A DNA stretch of 64,000 nt from assembly GCA_963841435.1 (NCBI GenBank), contig CAWJCS010000004.1:64001-128000 (forward strand), written 5' to 3'. Below the pieces are notes generated by a model. That model made no database searches. It saw only the letters and a list, made by a program, of their open reading frames with translations, and was not told where the DNA came from. Within the stretch, counting starts at the first letter, position 1. Each line of letters begins with the position of its first letter. Made by a program: the position numbers and the translations under genes. Source of the stretch: an uncultured delta proteobacterium. GTDB lineage: Bacteria > Myxococcota_A > Polyangia > Polyangiales > Polyangiaceae. Shown piece by piece: positions 9,592-19,693 of this stretch.

Positions 9592-11887
9592 ATGATCATT
9601 TCTGCTCTGTCTCGTCCACTGCTGCTCTCGGCCGCCGTGCTTGGAGCGGGGTGTATGGCCGGGCCCCAGGCGGGCGCGCCCCCGGCCGGCGCGCCGCAGA
9701 CGATGTCGGCGGTCACGGTGGACCCAGGCCCGCCCACGAGCGCCGCCGGGACACCGTACCAGTGGAAGAACGTCACGATCCTCGGCGGTGGGTTCGTGAC
9801 GGGCGTCGTGTTCAGCCCGGTGACGGCCGGAGTCGTCTACGCGCGCACCGACGTGGGCGGCGCGTACCGCTACGACCCGAAGGCCGAGGTCTGGATCCCC
9901 ATCACCGATCATTTCGATCGGAAGTCGAACTTCATGGGCATCGAGAGCATCGCGGCCGATCCGGTCAACGACGAGAAGGTCTACGCGGCCGTCGGGACGT
10001 ACACGCAATCGTGGGCGGGCAACGGCGCCATCCTGCGCTCCAAGGATCGAGGCAACACCTGGGAGCTGACGGACATGCCCTTCAAGATGGGCGCCAACGA
10101 GAACGGCCGCTCCAACGGCGAACGCCTCGCCATCGATCCCAACCAGCCGGCCATCCTCTATTTCGGCTCGCGCAAAAATGGCCTCTGGCGGAGCGAGGAT
10201 TCGGCCGTCACGTGGAAGAAAGTGGAGAGCTTTCCCATGCAGGAAGACGCAGAGGGCCTCGGCATTCCCTTCGTCGTGTTCGATGCCAAGCGAGGCGCGA
10301 AGGGCAAGCCCACGCCCGTGATCTACGCCGGCGTGTCGCGCACCGACGTGTCGCTGTATCGGAGCACCGACGCCGGCAAGACCTGGAAGCCCGTGCCCAA
10401 GCAGCCGGCGGGGATGATGCCCGCGCACGCCGAGCTCGACGGCGCGGGGATGCTCTACCTTTCCTACGGCAACCTGCCGGGCCCGAGCGACGTGACGGAC
10501 GGCGCCGTCTACAAGCTCGACCCGCGAAGCGGAGCGTTCACCGACATCACGCCACAGAAGCCGAAGAAGGACGACTCGGACAGGTTCGGCTACGCGGGGC
10601 TGTCCGTCAACACCGCTCACCCGGGCACGGTCGTGGTCACGACGATCGACCGCTGGACGAAGGGTGACGAGGCGTATAGGACGACCGACGGCGGCAAGAC
10701 GTGGAAGCCGATGTTCGCCAAGGCCACGTGGGACATCGCCGGAGCGAAGTATCTGTACTGGCATCGCGACAAGCTCGGCGTGCCGCACTGGCTGGGGGAC
10801 ATCGACATCGATCCGTTCAACCCCGCGCACGTCATGTTCGTCACCGGTGCGGGCCTTTGGCGCACGACCGACGCGACCGAGGTCGACAGCGACAAACCGG
10901 TGCACTTTCGCTTCGCGCCCCAGGGGCTCGAGGAAACCGTCGTCAGCGTGCTCGCGAGCCCGCCCGCAGGCCCGCCGCTTTTCAGCGGCATGGGTGACAT
11001 CTGCGGCTTCCGCCACGACGACCTCGCCACGGCGCCGAAGGACGGCATGTACTCGGACCCCGTTTGCAACGGCACGACGGGCCTCGACTTCGCGGAGCTA
11101 GCGCCGGATCTCGTCGTGCGCGTCGGAACGGTGTGGGGCGAAGGCAAGCACGGCGCGTACTCCGAGGACGGCGGTGTGAGCTGGAAAGCGTTCGGCAGCG
11201 AGCCCAAAAACGGCAGCACGGGGGGCAACGTCGGCATCAGCGCCGACGGCAAGACCGTGGTGTGGGTGATCAAGAAGGAAGTGCCCGTGGTCTCGAGCGA
11301 TTGGGGCCGCACGTGGACAGCGATCGAGGGCCTGCCCGTGCCCGTCGACGCGCCCGACTGGGTCCCCGTGAATCTGCGCATCGCTGCTGATCGCGTGAAC
11401 CCGCAAAAGTTCTACGTATACGACAGCGCCGAGGGACGCATCTACACGAGCAGCGACGGCGCACGCCATTTCCAGGCGACCGCGAGCAACATGAGCGGCC
11501 TGCCCGACTACGCTCGCTCGTCCGGCTCGATCCGCGCCGTGCCCGGCCTCGAGGGGCACGTGTGGCTCAGCACCGGCAAGGCGGTCTTTCGCTCGACCGA
11601 TTCTGGCGCGAGCTTCACCGAGCTCTCGAACGTCCAGGAAAGCCACGCCATCGGCTTCGGCAAGGCAGGCCCGCGGCGCGCCCATCCGGCGGCCTATCTC
11701 GTCGGCACCGTGAGTGACGTTCTACGGATTCTTCCGCTCCGATGACGCGGGCGGGACGTGGGTGCGCATCAACGACAATCGCCATCAGTTCGGGTTCGCG
11801 GGCGTCATCACGGGTGACGCGCGCGTGTTCGGACGCGTGTACGTCGGCACGGGCGGTCGCGGCATCCTGGTCGGTACGCCGCGCTGA
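9592..11887 (+). CDS. GH74 xyloglucanase-like lipoprotein (apparent frameshift near 11720)
   Basis: GGGFVTG, YARTDVGGAYR, GRSNGERL, GLEET, MGDICGF, BNR repeats. The +1 frame gives the conserved end RSDDAG..WVRIND..GRVYVGTGGRGI to TGA 11887. Confidence 0.9.
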
Positions 11888-11977
11888 CGGTCCGATCGTC
11901 AGCGGGCGCGTCGCGCTCGTCGGGTTGCGTCCGGCGTCCGTCGGGCAGGAGCCTTCTGCTATGCTCGTCGCGCATCG

Positions 11978-13577
11978 ATGAGGACGGAGCGCCTGGCCCT
12001 GGTCGCGTCCCTCGCTCTCGCGCTCGCGTGCGGTGAGAGCGCCGGCGAGGCGCCCGCTGCCAGCGGCACGGGCAACGGGTCGGGTGGCAGCGCCGGGACG
12101 GGGCAGGGCGGAACGTTCGACGGGGGGCGGTCAGGTGGGGGCGGGCGGCTCGGCGGGCGGTGCGGGCGGCGCCGGTCAGGCGGGCGGTGCCGGCGCGTCG
12201 GGCGCGACGAACGAGATCGTGACCTTTAGCAACGGTGACTTCTGGAACGACACCACGGGCAAGCACATCGAGGCGCACGGCGCCGGGTTCCTCCGCGCCG
12301 GCGACACCTGGTACTGGTTCGGCGAAGACAAGTCGGGAAACTCGAGCAATTTTTTGGCCGTCAACTGCTACGCGTCGAAAGACCTCGTCACCTGGGAATT
12401 TCAGAACGCCGTCGTCACGCGGAGCACCGCGTCCGAGCTCGCGGCCGCCGACCGCATCATCGAGCGCCCGAAGGTCGTCTACAACGACACCACGAAGAAG
12501 TTCGTGATGTGGCTCCACTTCGAGGGCGCAAACTACGCCGAGGCGGCCGCCGGCGTGCTCACGAGCGACACCGTCGACGGCGACTACCACTACGAAAGCT
12601 CGTTCCGCCCGAAGAACCACATGTCGCGCGACGACAACCTGTTCAAGGACGACGACGGCAAGGCGTACTTCGTGTCGGCCGCCAACGAAAACGCCGACAT
12701 GATCCTCTACGAGCTCAGCGCGGATTACCTGAGCATCGCGCGCCAGCTCGTGACGCTCTGGCCCGGCAGCTACCGGGAGGCGCCCGCGCTCTTCAAGACC
12801 GGCGGGCGCTATTTTTTGGTCACGTCCGCGGCGACCGGCTGGGACCCGAACCAGGCAAGATACGCTTCCGCAACGTCGATCGACGGCCCCTGGTCGTCGC
12901 TCTCGGATCTCGGCGACGGCACCACCTACGACACGCAGCCGAGCTACGTCATCCCCGTGGTGGGCAGCGAAGCGACGACGTTCGTCTACGCGGGTGACCG
13001 CTGGAAGGACCCCGAGCTCCGCGACTCGAAGTACATCTGGCTGCCGCTCGTCGTCGAGGGCTCCACCCTGCGGCTCGACTTCCAAGAAACGTGGCAGCTG
13101 GATCTGGGCACGGGGCGCTTCGCCGCCGTCGACGAATTCGTGCCGCGCACGGACTGGAAGCTCGTGTTCGTCGACAGCGAGGAAACCAACGGCGAGGACG
13201 GCCGCGCGACGAACGCCTTCGACGACTCGAGCTCCACCATCTGGCACACCGAATGGCAGGACGCGCAGCCGCCCCCCCCGCACGAGGTCCAGATCGACCT
13301 CGGCGCGAGCTACGCGCTCACCGCCTTTCGCTACCTGCCGCGTCAGGACAAGGACGCAAACGGCATGGTCAAGGACTACGCCTTTTACGTCAGCGACTCG
13401 ACGTCGAGCTTCGGGACGCCCGTCGCGAGCGGCGCCTTCGGCAGCGGGCGCGGCGCCACGCGCGTCGATTTCCCCGAGAAAATCGGGCGCTACGTGCGCT
13501 TCGTCGCCAAGAGCGAACAGGCGGACAAGGCGTACACCAGCATGGCCGAGCTCGACGTCGTCGGGACGCGGCAGTGA
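11978..13577 (+). CDS. GH43 (subfamily 24-like) + F5/8 type C (CBM32-like) lipoprotein (apparent frameshift near 12117)
   Basis: Lipobox ALAC in the 11978 frame. IEAHGAG, YWFGE, IERPKV, SRDDNLFKDDDG, REAPA, YDTQ and C-terminal AFDD..TIWHT..YVRF in the 12033 frame. Confidence 0.85.
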
Positions 13578-13586
13578 CGGAGGCAG

Positions 13587-15239
13587 TTGGCGTTCGAGCG
13601 TGCCACCGTGCCCTTCGTGGCCTCTCGCGTCCTCTACGACGCCGAAGGGCTCCTCGTCGTCGATAAGCCGCCGGGCCTCGTCGTCCACGGCGGCGACGAA
13701 GCCCTGTCGGGTGACCTCGTGTCACGGCTTGCGGCGCACAGGCGCGCGCAGGGCCGCGACGACTACCTCGGCGTGCACCAGCGACTCGACGCGCCCACCT
13801 CGGGCGTGATGCTGTTCACGACGGCGCGCGAGAGGAACGCCGAGGTCGCGGCGGCCGTCGCCGAGCACAGGCTCGGACGCCGCTACGTCGCGGGCGTCAC
13901 GCTGCGCTCGACGGCGCTCGCCGCGCGGCTCGCGGCGGGACCCGAGCGGCTCGAGCACCGGCTCGCCACCGACCGGGGCGAGACACGTGTCGTCGCGGCG
14001 GGCGGCGTAAAGGCCGCGGCTCGCGTCGAGCTCGTCGAGCGGGTCGGTGCGCGCGCGCTCGTCGCGCTCGAGCCCGAGACGGGGCGCACCCATCAACTCC
14101 GCGTGCAGCTCGCCCACGAGGGTGCGCCCATCGGCGGCGACGCCGACTACGGCGGCGATCGCGCCCCGCGGCTCCTGCTCCATTCGAGCGAGCTGACGCT
14201 CGGCGAGCTGACGTTCGAGACCGCGCCGCCCGGGGCGCTCGCGCGCTGGGTGCGCGGCGAACCGGCGTCGCTCGGCGACGCGCGCGAGCTCGCGCGGGCC
14301 GTCGAGGACGCCGCCGTGCTCCGGGCGCCGCTCGCGAGCTTCACGGACGCGTACCGGCTAGCGAACGAGCTGGGCGACGGCTTGCCCGGCGTCACGATCG
14401 ACCGCTACGGCGACTTTGCCGTGCTCGTCGCCACGAGCGACGAGGCGGGTCGGCGCGCTTCGGAAATCGCCGAGGTGCTGCTGGAGCTCGGCGCGCGCGG
14501 CGTGTACCTGAAGAGGCGTCGCAAGCTCGACGCGCGGCGCGCCGACGCCACGCTCGCCCCCGAAGCACCGCTCGCGGGCGAGCCGGCGCCCGAACGGCTG
14601 CTCGTCTCCGAGCGCGGCGTCCGCCTCTGGGTCGAGCTCGGGCGTGGCCTCTCGACGGGGCTCTTCGTCGATCAGCGGGAAAACAGGCGCCGCGTGCGCG
14701 AGCTCGCGAAGGGCGCGCGCGTCTTGAACCTGTTTTGTTACACCTCGAGCTTCGGCGTCGCGGCGGCGCTCGGCGGCGCGCGCGAGGTCGTGAGCGTCGA
14801 CAGCTCGGCGCCCGCGCTCGCCCGTGCGCGCGAGAACTTCGGCGTTAACGGGGTCGGCGACTCCGCGCACCGTTTCGAGCACGCTGACGCGCTGGACTGG
14901 CTCGCGCGCGCGGCCCGCCGCGGCACGCGTTTCGACATCGTCGTGCTCGACCCACCGACCTTCTCGAGCTCGGCGGGGGGCGCGCCCTTCGCGGTTGGTG
15001 AGCACTACGCCGGCGCCGCGGCGCGCGCGCTCGGCGTCCTCGCTCCCGGTGGTCGTCTGTTCGCCGTCACGAACCACAGAAAGACGAGCCGCGGGCGGCT
15101 GCGCGAGATCGTGCGGCGCGCGGCGGCCGAGGCCCGCGTTGACGTGGCTCAGCTCAAGGATCTGCCCGCGGCGTTCGACTGCCCGGACGGCCCCGACGGC
15201 CCCGTGCCGTCGAAGAGCGTGCTACTCACGCGAAAATGA
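13587..15239 (+). CDS. Fused RluA-family pseudouridine synthase / RlmI-like SAM-dependent methyltransferase
   Basis: VDKPPGL, HQRLDAPTSG, TGRTHQLRV, GDADYG; then GDGLPGVTIDRYG, TGLFVDQRENR, VLNLFCYT, DIVVLDPPTF. Confidence 0.88.
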   Translation: MAFERATVPFVASRVLYDAEGLLVVDKPPGLVVHGGDEALSGDLVSRLAAHRRAQGRDDYLGVHQRLDAPTSGVMLFTTARERNAEVAAAVAEHRLGRRYVAGVTLRSTALAARLAAGPERLEHRLATDRGETRVVAAGGVKAAARVELVERVGARALVALEPETGRTHQLRVQLAHEGAPIGGDADYGGDRAPRLLLHSSELTLGELTFETAPPGALARWVRGEPASLGDARELARAVEDAAVLRAPLASFTDAYRLANELGDGLPGVTIDRYGDFAVLVATSDEAGRRASEIAEVLLELGARGVYLKRRRKLDARRADATLAPEAPLAGEPAPERLLVSERGVRLWVELGRGLSTGLFVDQRENRRRVRELAKGARVLNLFCYTSSFGVAAALGGAREVVSVDSSAPALARARENFGVNGVGDSAHRFEHADALDWLARAARRGTRFDIVVLDPPTFSSSAGGAPFAVGEHYAGAAARALGVLAPGGRLFAVTNHRKTSRGRLREIVRRAAAEARVDVAQLKDLPAAFDCPDGPDGPVPSKSVLLTRK

Positions 15240-15844
15240 CGAAAAACCCCTATCGCGGCGCCGATGCTCGCACGCGCGAGGCCAAGGCGAAGGGCTATCC
15301 CGCGCGCAGCGTCTTCAAGCTCGAGGAGATCGACCGCCGCGTGCGGCTGCTGCGCGCGGGCGACCGCGTGCTCGACCTCGGCGCCGCCCCGGGCTCCTGG
15401 TCGCTCTACGCGGCCACGCGCGTGGGGCCGCGCGGCCTTTTGCTCGCCGTCGACCGAACGCCCATCGAGCAGGCCTTCCCCGAAAATGTCCGCGTCGTCA
15501 CCGGTGACGCGCTCACGCTCGAGACCGCAGCGCTCGCCGAGCACGCGCCGTACGACGTCGTCCTCTCCGACATGGCGCCCAACACGTCGGGCTCGAAATC
15601 GGCCGACCAGGCGCGAAGCTTCGAGCTTTTCATGCGGGCGCTCGAGGTGGCCGTCGAGCTCGTCCGCCCGGGGGGGCACTTCGTCGGCAAGCTCTTCATG
15701 AGCAACGATTTTCAGGCCGCGCGCAGCGCGGTGACGGCGGCGTTCGAGCGCTGTCAGGTGATCCGCCCGGCCGGAACGCGCAGCCAGAGCTCGGAGGTGT
15801 TCCTCGTCGGGCTCGCTCGCCGTGCGCCCGCCCTCGGCACATGA
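15236..15844 (+). CDS. rlmE: 23S rRNA Um2552 methyltransferase (FtsJ/RrmJ)
   Basis: GYPARSVFKLEEI, DLGAAPGSW, VLSDMAPN, VGKLF, RSQSSEVF. Confidence 0.93.
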   Translation: MTKNPYRGADARTREAKAKGYPARSVFKLEEIDRRVRLLRAGDRVLDLGAAPGSWSLYAATRVGPRGLLLAVDRTPIEQAFPENVRVVTGDALTLETAALAEHAPYDVVLSDMAPNTSGSKSADQARSFELFMRALEVAVELVRPGGHFVGKLFMSNDFQAARSAVTAAFERCQVIRPAGTRSQSSEVFLVGLARRAPALGT

Positions 15845-15896
15845 CGCCTGCGCTCTGGTCTCTTTCCGTTCCCGCGCAGCGTGCCACAATGAGCCC

Positions 15897-16505
15897 ATGC
15901 AAGGCGTTGACGACGTGCTCTCTTTCTGGTTCGAGCCGAAACCCGACACGACGGAAGCCGTCGCCAAGCGCAGCAAGTTCTGGTTCGCCGGCGACCCGGT
16001 GGTCGACCAGGAGATCAAGGCTCGCTTCCGCCCGCTCGTCGACGCGGCGCGCGCCGGTGAGCTCGGCGACTGGGCGGCGACGGTGCGCGGCCGTCTCGCG
16101 CTCACGATCCTGCTCGATCAGTTCACCCGCAACGTCTTTCGCGGCAGTCCCGAAGCGTTCGCCAAGGACCCGCTTGCGCTCGAGATTGTGAGGAGTGGCT
16201 GGGACGCTGGCCTGTTCGACGCCTGCGACGCCCTCGAGCGCGTGTTTCTCGCGCTGCCGTTTTTACACGCCGAAGATCTCGAAGTGCAGAAGCGCGGTGT
16301 CGCGCTCGAGATTGGATTGGTGGCGGGCTGCCCCGAGCACTACAAAAGCTTTCTGATCTCCGCCGTCAACTCCGCGCGCCGCCACCTCGACGTCATAGCG
16401 CGCTTCGGCCGCTTCCCGCATCGGAACGCCGTGCTCGGCCGCGCGTCGACCGCGGAAGAGCTCGCGTACCTCGTGTACCTGAAGGACGCCGGGCAGTGGC
16501 TTTGA
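15897..16505 (+). CDS. DUF924 family protein
   Basis: VLSFWF, ILLDQFTRNVFRGS, PFLHAEDL, IARFGRFPHRNAVLGRAST. Confidence 0.92.
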   Translation: MQGVDDVLSFWFEPKPDTTEAVAKRSKFWFAGDPVVDQEIKARFRPLVDAARAGELGDWAATVRGRLALTILLDQFTRNVFRGSPEAFAKDPLALEIVRSGWDAGLFDACDALERVFLALPFLHAEDLEVQKRGVALEIGLVAGCPEHYKSFLISAVNSARRHLDVIARFGRFPHRNAVLGRASTAEELAYLVYLKDAGQWL

Positions 16506-16825
16506 ACGCCAAAATGCGCTGACCTGCGCGAGTTTGGGGGTGGAAATGGCGGGCGCGGCCCGGCGGGGCAGGCGCCGTCGTGTCGCGCCGTTCCACCCGG
16601 GGCGTGCCGCGCCGTCCATCACCCGTGGGAGTTATGCTGTGAGCGGCCGCCGTCGGGTTGGCCGGCACTTCGTGGTCGGGTGAAGGCAAACTTTGCGCGA
16701 AGAAGCTGCCGTGGCACCTCGACGGCGCCGCGCCCCGCGCCGAACCCGGCGATTGTGTTGGTGATGTAACGAGCACGTCGCGGGGCGAGAGCGCTTTTTC
16801 GAAAAGGCGTGTATCGTGGTGTTCG

Positions 16826-17395
16826 ATGCCGACGCACAAGCTCTGGATCGAGCACACCGAGCGTGCCGCTTGGCAGTCCGTCGATGCACTGCGCGACAAG
16901 CTCGCCGAAGCCGAGCAGCGCGCGGCCCGCCTGTCGCCGCCCGTCGAGGGTTGGCCCGCGCTCCTTCAGGCGCTCGACGCGCTGCACGCCGAGCAGAAGC
17001 TCGCGGGCGAGACTCACGCCGAGCGCGTCCGCGCCCTCGTGAGCAAGCTCGGGAGCGCGCTCGTCAGGGTGCGCGAGCTCGAGGCGGAGCTCGAACGCTC
17101 GCGTGCGACGTCAACCGTGCCGCGCTTCACCGGCAGTGAGCCCGTGCCGCGGCGCTCGCTTCCCGACGACGAGCGCGGCGAGCCGTCGCGTGGCCTCGAG
17201 CGGCTCTCGCGCGAGATCGCGCGCCGCCACAGCGAGCTTCGTCAGGGGCGCTTCGATCCCGAGGGAACGCTCGCCGACGTCGAGTCGCGCCTTTCGGACC
17301 TCGTCGATCTCGACCCGGGCGAGCTCTTCGACGCCGCCGCCGACCTTTCGGCTCTCGCGCTCGCCGTCCGGCGGGCCGCCTCGAGCGACGACTAA
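16826..17395 (+). CDS. Hypothetical alpha-helical/coiled-coil protein
   Basis: Amphipathic helical composition from ATG 16826; codon usage fits neighbours. Confidence 0.65.
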   Translation: MPTHKLWIEHTERAAWQSVDALRDKLAEAEQRAARLSPPVEGWPALLQALDALHAEQKLAGETHAERVRALVSKLGSALVRVRELEAELERSRATSTVPRFTGSEPVPRRSLPDDERGEPSRGLERLSREIARRHSELRQGRFDPEGTLADVESRLSDLVDLDPGELFDAAADLSALALAVRRAASSDD

Positions 17396-17446
17396 AAAAG
17401 CCCGAGAAATTGGGCCGGCGCACGGGCCGGGCGGTAGGGCTCGTGG

Positions 17447-19085
17447 GTGGCCCGCCCCCTTCATCGAGCCGCGGCTCGGCCGCTCTTCTTGCTCGGCCTG
17501 GCCGTCGCCTGCTCGGGCACGGAGCCGCCGCTTTCGCGGGCTGTGCGGGCCAGCAGTCTCTTCGGTGGCGAGGGCCAGCGTGACCCGAACCCGGGCGCCG
17601 TCCGTGCCGAGCGCGCCTTCACGAGAACGCCGGATGTCGCCGCGCACCGAGCTCCGGCCGCGTCCATCGCCCGACCACGCTCCGCCGTCACGGACGCGCT
17701 CACCGCGGCGGCCCCCACCGGGACACCCGTGGTTCCGGCGACGGCTCCGGCCGCCGAAGTCGCGGGTGGCGGGGGCCCCGAGCATCCCGCAGCCGCGTCG
17801 CCCGAGCTCGTCGCCACGGCGCGCGAGGTCATCGTTTACGAGGCGCCCACGCGCCGCTCGGAGAAGGTCGGGTACTTGCGGCTCGGCGCCCGCGTCGCCC
17901 GCGACGCGGAGCCCCGCGGACGCGAGGGCTGCCGGGGCGGCTGGTACCGGATCGCGCCCTACGGCTACGTGTGTGCCGGCCCCGCGGCGAGCCTCGATGC
18001 CGAGGAACCGCTCGGCGCGCTGGCGTCGCGTCGCCCTGACCGCGAGGCGGCGCTCCCCTATGCCTACGGGCGTTCCAAGGGTGTGCCGCCCCCGCTCTAC
18101 CGGCGACTGCCGACCGCCGAGCAACAGCGGGCACTCGAAGGGCGCGTCGGCGCCTTGGACCCGACTTTCGGTGATCTCGCGCCCAGCCCCCTGCCGGAGA
18201 GTCTCGCGCGGGGCGAGACTGTGCCGGCACCGCTCGGGTTCGCCCGCGAGTCGGCGAACGCTCCCGTGCGTGCGCTGCCGAACGCGGGGTTCGCCTTGCT
18301 CGAACGTCTACGAGCACGACGGGCGTCGCTTTGGCCTCACGACCGAGCTCGAGCTCGTGCCCCTCGATCGTCTCGCGCGCGTTTTACCGAGCGAATTTCA
18401 TGGCGTGACGCTCGATGCGACGACGACGCTTCCGGTCGCGTTCGTGCGCGCTCGGCACGGCATGCTCTACGAGCCCCTCGAGCCCGTCGGCGTCAAGGCG
18501 CTGCGTGCTCTGTCGTACCGCGAAGCCTTCGCCGTCGCGAAGGAAGCGCGCCTCATCGGCGGGCTGCGTTTCCTGGTCACGGCCTCGGGCGCGCTCGTCC
18601 GTGCCGACGACGTGCAGGTCGTCGAACGACCCGAGGCGCTGCCGCCCTGGGCCACGGGCTCGCGCAGCTGGATCCACGTCTCGATCGGCGCACAGAGCCT
18701 GGTGCTCTACTCCGGCGCGACGCCGGTCTACGTCACGCTGGTCTCGACCGGGTCGGGCCTCATGGGTGACCCGAAGGAGACGCACGCCACGCCGCGTGGG
18801 GAGTTCTTGATCCACACCAAGCACGTCGCCGTCACGATGAGCGGCGAGGAAGTGGGCGACGAGTTCGACCTGGGCGACGTGCCGTACGTCCAGTACTTCA
18901 CCGAGGGCTATGCCCTCCACGCCGCCTACTGGCACGACGCGTTCGGCACGGCGAAGAGCCACGGCTGCGTGAATCTCTCGCCGCTCGACGCGCGCGCCCT
19001 CTTCCACGCCACGGAGCCCGCCGTGCCACAGGCCTGGCACGGCACCTACTCGCGAACCGGGACGCTCGTTTCAATCACGGGCTGA
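17447..19085 (+). CDS. L,D-transpeptidase (YkuD) lipoprotein (apparent frameshift near 18304)
   Basis: Lipobox LAVAC; C-terminal TLVSTG..TPRGEF..DVPYVQYF..ALHAAYWH..SHGCVNL. Confidence 0.88.
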
Positions 19086-19138
19086 CGCTCGCCTCGCGCT
19101 GAGCGATCTCGGAAGAACGGATCGAGGCTAGCGTCGCG

Positions 19139-19693
19139 TCACGCCGGCGGCCGCAGGAGCTCGACGCCCGTTGCCACGAAGCGCACCTCTTCGGCGCTGC
19201 CGTCGGGTGCCTTTTCGCCGAAGCGGGCGCCCTCGGACTCGAGGTGCTCGACGAGCTTGGGTGCGACGTGCCGCACGGTCAGCGTGCCTTCGAGCCGGGC
19301 GCTCGAGCCGGCCGAGTCCGTCGGCACGAAGAAGCCGTAGTCCTTGAACGTGACGCGGCAGCTCGGCGAGCTCGGATCGGCGCTCGCCGCGAGCTCCATC
19401 CAGCAGCCGCGGCGCGAGCAGGCGCGGCGCACGTGCCCTGAAAGTCCCATGGATTGGTCCGCGAAGTCCGCCGGGCGCGCGAGCACGCTCGCGAGCGACG
19501 CCGGCGGCGCGGAGCCGAGCGGTACGCCGAATCGCTTCCAGTCGCCGGCGGCACGAGCTTTTTCCGGCGTGGCGCCGGATCGCCCGTTCGGAGCGGACAC
19601 GTCGGCGGCACCCGCTCGCTCGCTCTTCTCGACCGATCCCGAACGGCAGCTCACGACGAGCACGGCGACCGCGAACGCGCGTACCGTCTTCAT
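19139..19693 (-). CDS. DUF4920-like lipoprotein
   Basis: Lipobox VVSC; CSRRGCWM, VTFKDYGFFVPTD, FVATGV. Confidence 0.85.
   Translation of the reverse strand: MKTVRAFAVAVLVVSCRSGSVEKSERAGAADVSAPNGRSGATPEKARAAGDWKRFGVPLGSAPPASLASVLARPADFADQSMGLSGHVRRACSRRGCWMELAASADPSSPSCRVTFKDYGFFVPTDSAGSSARLEGTLTVRHVAPKLVEHLESEGARFGEKAPDGSAEEVRFVATGVELLRPPA

Noticed and set aside
11715-12130. Programmed frameshifting or phase variation in the glycosidase genes
   Set aside because: No slippery heptamer or long tract is needed; the same doubled-base pattern occurs in unrelated genes.
17394-17415. Minus-strand terminator-like A6 + GCCC/GGGC
   Set aside because: The stem is only 4 bp and no minus-strand gene ends nearby.
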